DNA from: an uncultured Clostridia bacterium
Lineage (GTDB): Bacteria > Bacillota > Clostridia > Christensenellales > Aristaeellaceae
Assembly (NCBI GenBank): GCA_934643825.1
Contig: CAKUCW010000003.1
Location: forward strand, 19,320-83,319
Direction of reading: 5' to 3'
DNA length: 64,000 nt
Shown here in pieces: positions 61,897-64,000 of the stretch (position 1 is its first letter; each line of letters begins with the position of its first letter). Position numbers and translations under genes: made by a program. The notes beneath the pieces were generated by a model that was not told the origin of the DNA, made no database searches, and saw only the letters and a program-made list of their open reading frames with translations.

Positions 61897-62997
61897 TTAA
61901 ACCAACGGCGCAATCATCGCCAGAATGATGCCGCCCGCGATCACCGACGCGACCTGTCCGGCGACATTCGCGCCCGCCGCCTGCATGAGAATGAAGTTAT
62001 ACGGATCCTCATCCTTCGCCATCTTCGCAATCACACGCGAAGACATCGGGAACGCGGAGATACCCGCCGCGCCGATCATCGGGTTGATCTTCTTCTTCGC
62101 AAACAGGTTGATGAATTTACCGAAAAGCACGCCGCCGAATGTATCAAACATAAACGCAACCAAGCCCAGCGCCAGAATCATCAGCGTTTCGGGCACAAGG
62201 AAGCTCTCCGCCTGCATGCGCACGGCGACCGTCAAGCCCAGAAGCAGACTGATGAGGTTCGCCAGCACATTCTGCGCCGTTTCGGAAAGCGTGCGCAGAA
62301 CGCCGCATTCGCGCAGCAGATTGCCGAACATCAGGAAGCCCACCAGCGCCACGCTCTGCGGCGAAACCAGACCCGCAATCACCGTCACCACGATGGGGAA
62401 CAGGATGCGCGTCGTCTTGGTGATCTTGCCCGGGGTATAATCCATGCGGATCATGCGCTCTTTTTTCGTCGTAATCAGCTTGATGCAGAACGGCTGAACG
62501 ATCGGCACGAGCGCCATATAGGAATATGCCGCGACGATAATCGCCGCCGTATAATTGCTTTTCAGCGTGTTGGCGACAAAGATGGACGTGGGGCCGTCCG
62601 CCGCGCCGATGATGGCGATGGACGCCGCGTCGCGCAGTTCAAACCCAAACAAACTCGCCATCGACAGCGTAAAGAAGATGCCGAACTGTGCCGCCGCGCC
62701 GAAAAGCAGCAGTTTCGGGTCGGCCAGAAGCGGCCCGAAGTCAATCATCGCGCCGATGCCGATAAACAGCAGCAGCGGGAAAAGCTCATTCGCCACGCCT
62801 GCGTTAAACAGCGTATCCAACACCTCGACCGCGCCCGAGTTCGGCAGGTTGCACAGGATGCAGCCAAAGCCCATCGGCAGCAGCAGCGTCGGCTCCATCT
62901 CCTTGCGGATCGCGAGATAAATCATCACGCCGCCGATTGCCCACATGATAACCATCTGCACCGTCAGCTCACTCAGATTGCCCAGAATGGATGACAT
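61897..62997 (-). CDS. oadB: Sodium ion-translocating decarboxylase beta subunit (OadB/GcdB/MmdB family)
   Basis: 366 aa and polytopic. EPTLLLPMGFGCILCNLP...FPLLLFIGIGAMIDFGPLLA is typical of the family. Confidence 0.9.
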   Translation of the reverse strand: MSSILGNLSELTVQMVIMWAIGGVMIYLAIRKEMEPTLLLPMGFGCILCNLPNSGAVEVLDTLFNAGVANELFPLLLFIGIGAMIDFGPLLADPKLLLFGAAAQFGIFFTLSMASLFGFELRDAASIAIIGAADGPTSIFVANTLKSNYTAAIIVAAYSYMALVPIVQPFCIKLITTKKERMIRMDYTPGKITKTTRILFPIVVTVIAGLVSPQSVALVGFLMFGNLLRECGVLRTLSETAQNVLANLISLLLGLTVAVRMQAESFLVPETLMILALGLVAFMFDTFGGVLFGKFINLFAKKKINPMIGAAGISAFPMSSRVIAKMAKDEDPYNFILMQAAGANVAGQVASVIAGGIILAMIAPLV

Positions 62998-63043
62998 GTT
63001 TTTTTCCTCCGTTTCTTGATATCATCAAAACCTTGACGCCTAT

Positions 63044-63072
63044 ATTATATGCCCGGTTTTTATTTCATGCAA
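63044..63072 (-). promoter_or_regulatory. Sigma-A type promoter for oadB
   Basis: The minus strand reads TTGCAT, an exact 17-nt spacer, then TATAAT. Confidence 0.65.
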
Positions 63073-63120
63073 GATCGAAGGATTATTACATTTTTAATGT
63101 ATTAATCGAATGAGCCGCGC

Positions 63121-63693
63121 TTACAGCTCGATTACCCCTGCCCCCATCGCCTTCGCCTCCCGTTCATCATGGGTGACGAGGATAACAGTCTTTCCAGCCG
63201 AAAGGATGCGCGTGCGCTCGATGACGCACGCCTTGGTTTCCTCATCAAGTCCCTTAAACGGCTCATCCAGCAGCAGAACATCGCTCTCCGCGAGCAATGC
63301 ACGCAGGATGGCAACGCGCCTGCGCATGCCGCCCGAAAGCTCACGCACGGGCTGCGTCATGCAGCCGCCAAGCCCCATGGCGGTCAGCTCTTTGCGAATG
63401 ATCTCTTTTGAAAGGCTCGGCGCGGTCAGGCGGATATTGCCGACAGGCGTCATGAATTCCAGCAGCCTGTCTTCCTGAAAGACGACCGCAAGCCGCGCTC
63501 CCTGTATGCCGGTGATGGTTCCGCCATCCATCACCTCCAGCCCCATCAGGATGCGCAGAAGCGTCGTTTTGCCCACGCCGGAATACCCCATGACCGCCGT
63601 TGTCGTTTTCGCGGGAAAGACGGCGGAAAAGTCGCTCAGCACCTGCTTTCCGTCAAAGGCTTTATACAGATGCGAAACCACGATATCCGTCAC
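63121..63693 (-). CDS. ABC transporter ATP-binding protein (short, nitrate/sulfonate/taurine-type)
   Basis: GYSGVGKTTLL, LSGGMRRRVAIL, LLLDEPF and VTHD motifs. The GTG start at 63693 overlaps the permease stop. The track ATG at 63891 would overlap the permease gene by 200 nt. Confidence 0.75.
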   Translation of the reverse strand: MTDIVVSHLYKAFDGKQVLSDFSAVFPAKTTTAVMGYSGVGKTTLLRILMGLEVMDGGTITGIQGARLAVVFQEDRLLEFMTPVGNIRLTAPSLSKEIIRKELTAMGLGGCMTQPVRELSGGMRRRVAILRALLAESDVLLLDEPFKGLDEETKACVIERTRILSAGKTVILVTHDEREAKAMGAGVIEL

Positions 63694-64000
63694 AGCTGCG
63701 TCAGCCTCCTTTCCAGCCGCGTCAGCAGAAAGCCGAACAGCTTTTCCACGCCCACGCTGAGGCACACGATGACCACCGTCCACGCAAACAGCTCCGGCGT
63801 ATCGAGGTAGACCTTCGCCTGTTGGAGCCGCTCGCCGATGGAGTTGACCGGCATGCCGATGACCTCCGCCGCCACGCCCGCCTTCCAGCAAAGCCCCAGC
63901 CCGACCGTGCAGCCCGTTCGGAAATACGGCATGACCTGCGGCAGATCGATGAAACGAATTCTCCGCATCGGCGTCACGCGAAAGACCCGCGCCATTTCCC
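63690..64000 (-). CDS. ABC transporter permease (BPD inner-membrane component), C-terminal part; the gene continues beyond the window end
   Basis: ...FIDLPQVMPYFRTGCTVGLGLCWKAGVAAEVIG... resembles SsuC/TauC-type permeases. The frame stays open to position 64000. Confidence 0.7.
   Translation of the reverse strand, partial: EMARVFRVTPMRRIRFIDLPQVMPYFRTGCTVGLGLCWKAGVAAEVIGMPVNSIGERLQQAKVYLDTPELFAWTVVIVCLSVGVEKLFGFLLTRLERRLTQL

Noticed and set aside
63121-63891. Full 256-aa version of the ABC ATPase ORF.
   Set aside because: - The first ~66 residues are Gly/Arg-rich and overlap the permease gene in another frame.
- ABC motifs begin right after the GTG at 63693, which overlaps the permease stop as expected for coupled genes.

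Overview
By eye this is a roughly 58-60% GC chromosomal segment of a spore-forming Clostridia-type Firmicute. Supporting markers are spoIIID-mbl synteny, a GlgC/GlgD two-subunit ADP-glucose pyrophosphorylase and an ECF transporter module. I support about 60 CDS, mostly housekeeping, transport and carbohydrate genes. Named loci are glgC-glgD-glgA; a glucuronide/hexuronate locus (GH2, GPH symporter, uxuA, SDR reductase); dgoK-eda; pepV and patB; ecfA1-ecfA2-ecfT-truA; spoIIID-mbl-cdd; trmD; two COG0523 GTPases; malic enzyme; an Fe-ADH; and oadB. I recognised no rRNA, tRNA or CRISPR array, and no cas or classical defence genes.

Main observations:
1. A clear FMN riboswitch with promoter and terminator lies directly upstream of the shared ECF energizing module rather than a riboflavin gene.
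2. A family of mosaic hairpin repeats occurs at 7 or more sites. One site is a 3-copy tandem array, one is MITE-like with about 50-bp inverted arms, and one supplies the 3' end of rsuA.
3. GlgA carries a roughly 160-aa Lys/Ala/Pro/Glu repeat tail. It is followed by two tandem GT-C-like polytopic membrane paralogs, and a third paralog lies elsewhere in the window.
4. A translationally coupled string runs orphan beta-class DNA methyltransferase, internally duplicated unknown protein, TrmD, TetM/EF-G-like GTPase, MocR regulator.
5. One ORF is a chimera of a response-regulator receiver and a flavoprotein C-terminal remnant.
6. One intact IS200 has its textbook regulatory hairpins.
7. A low-GC methyltransferase islet is present.
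8. One COG0523 metallochaperone gene encodes an extreme His/Asp/Glu tract.

Many long ORFs in the track are antisense artefacts of high GC and were rejected.
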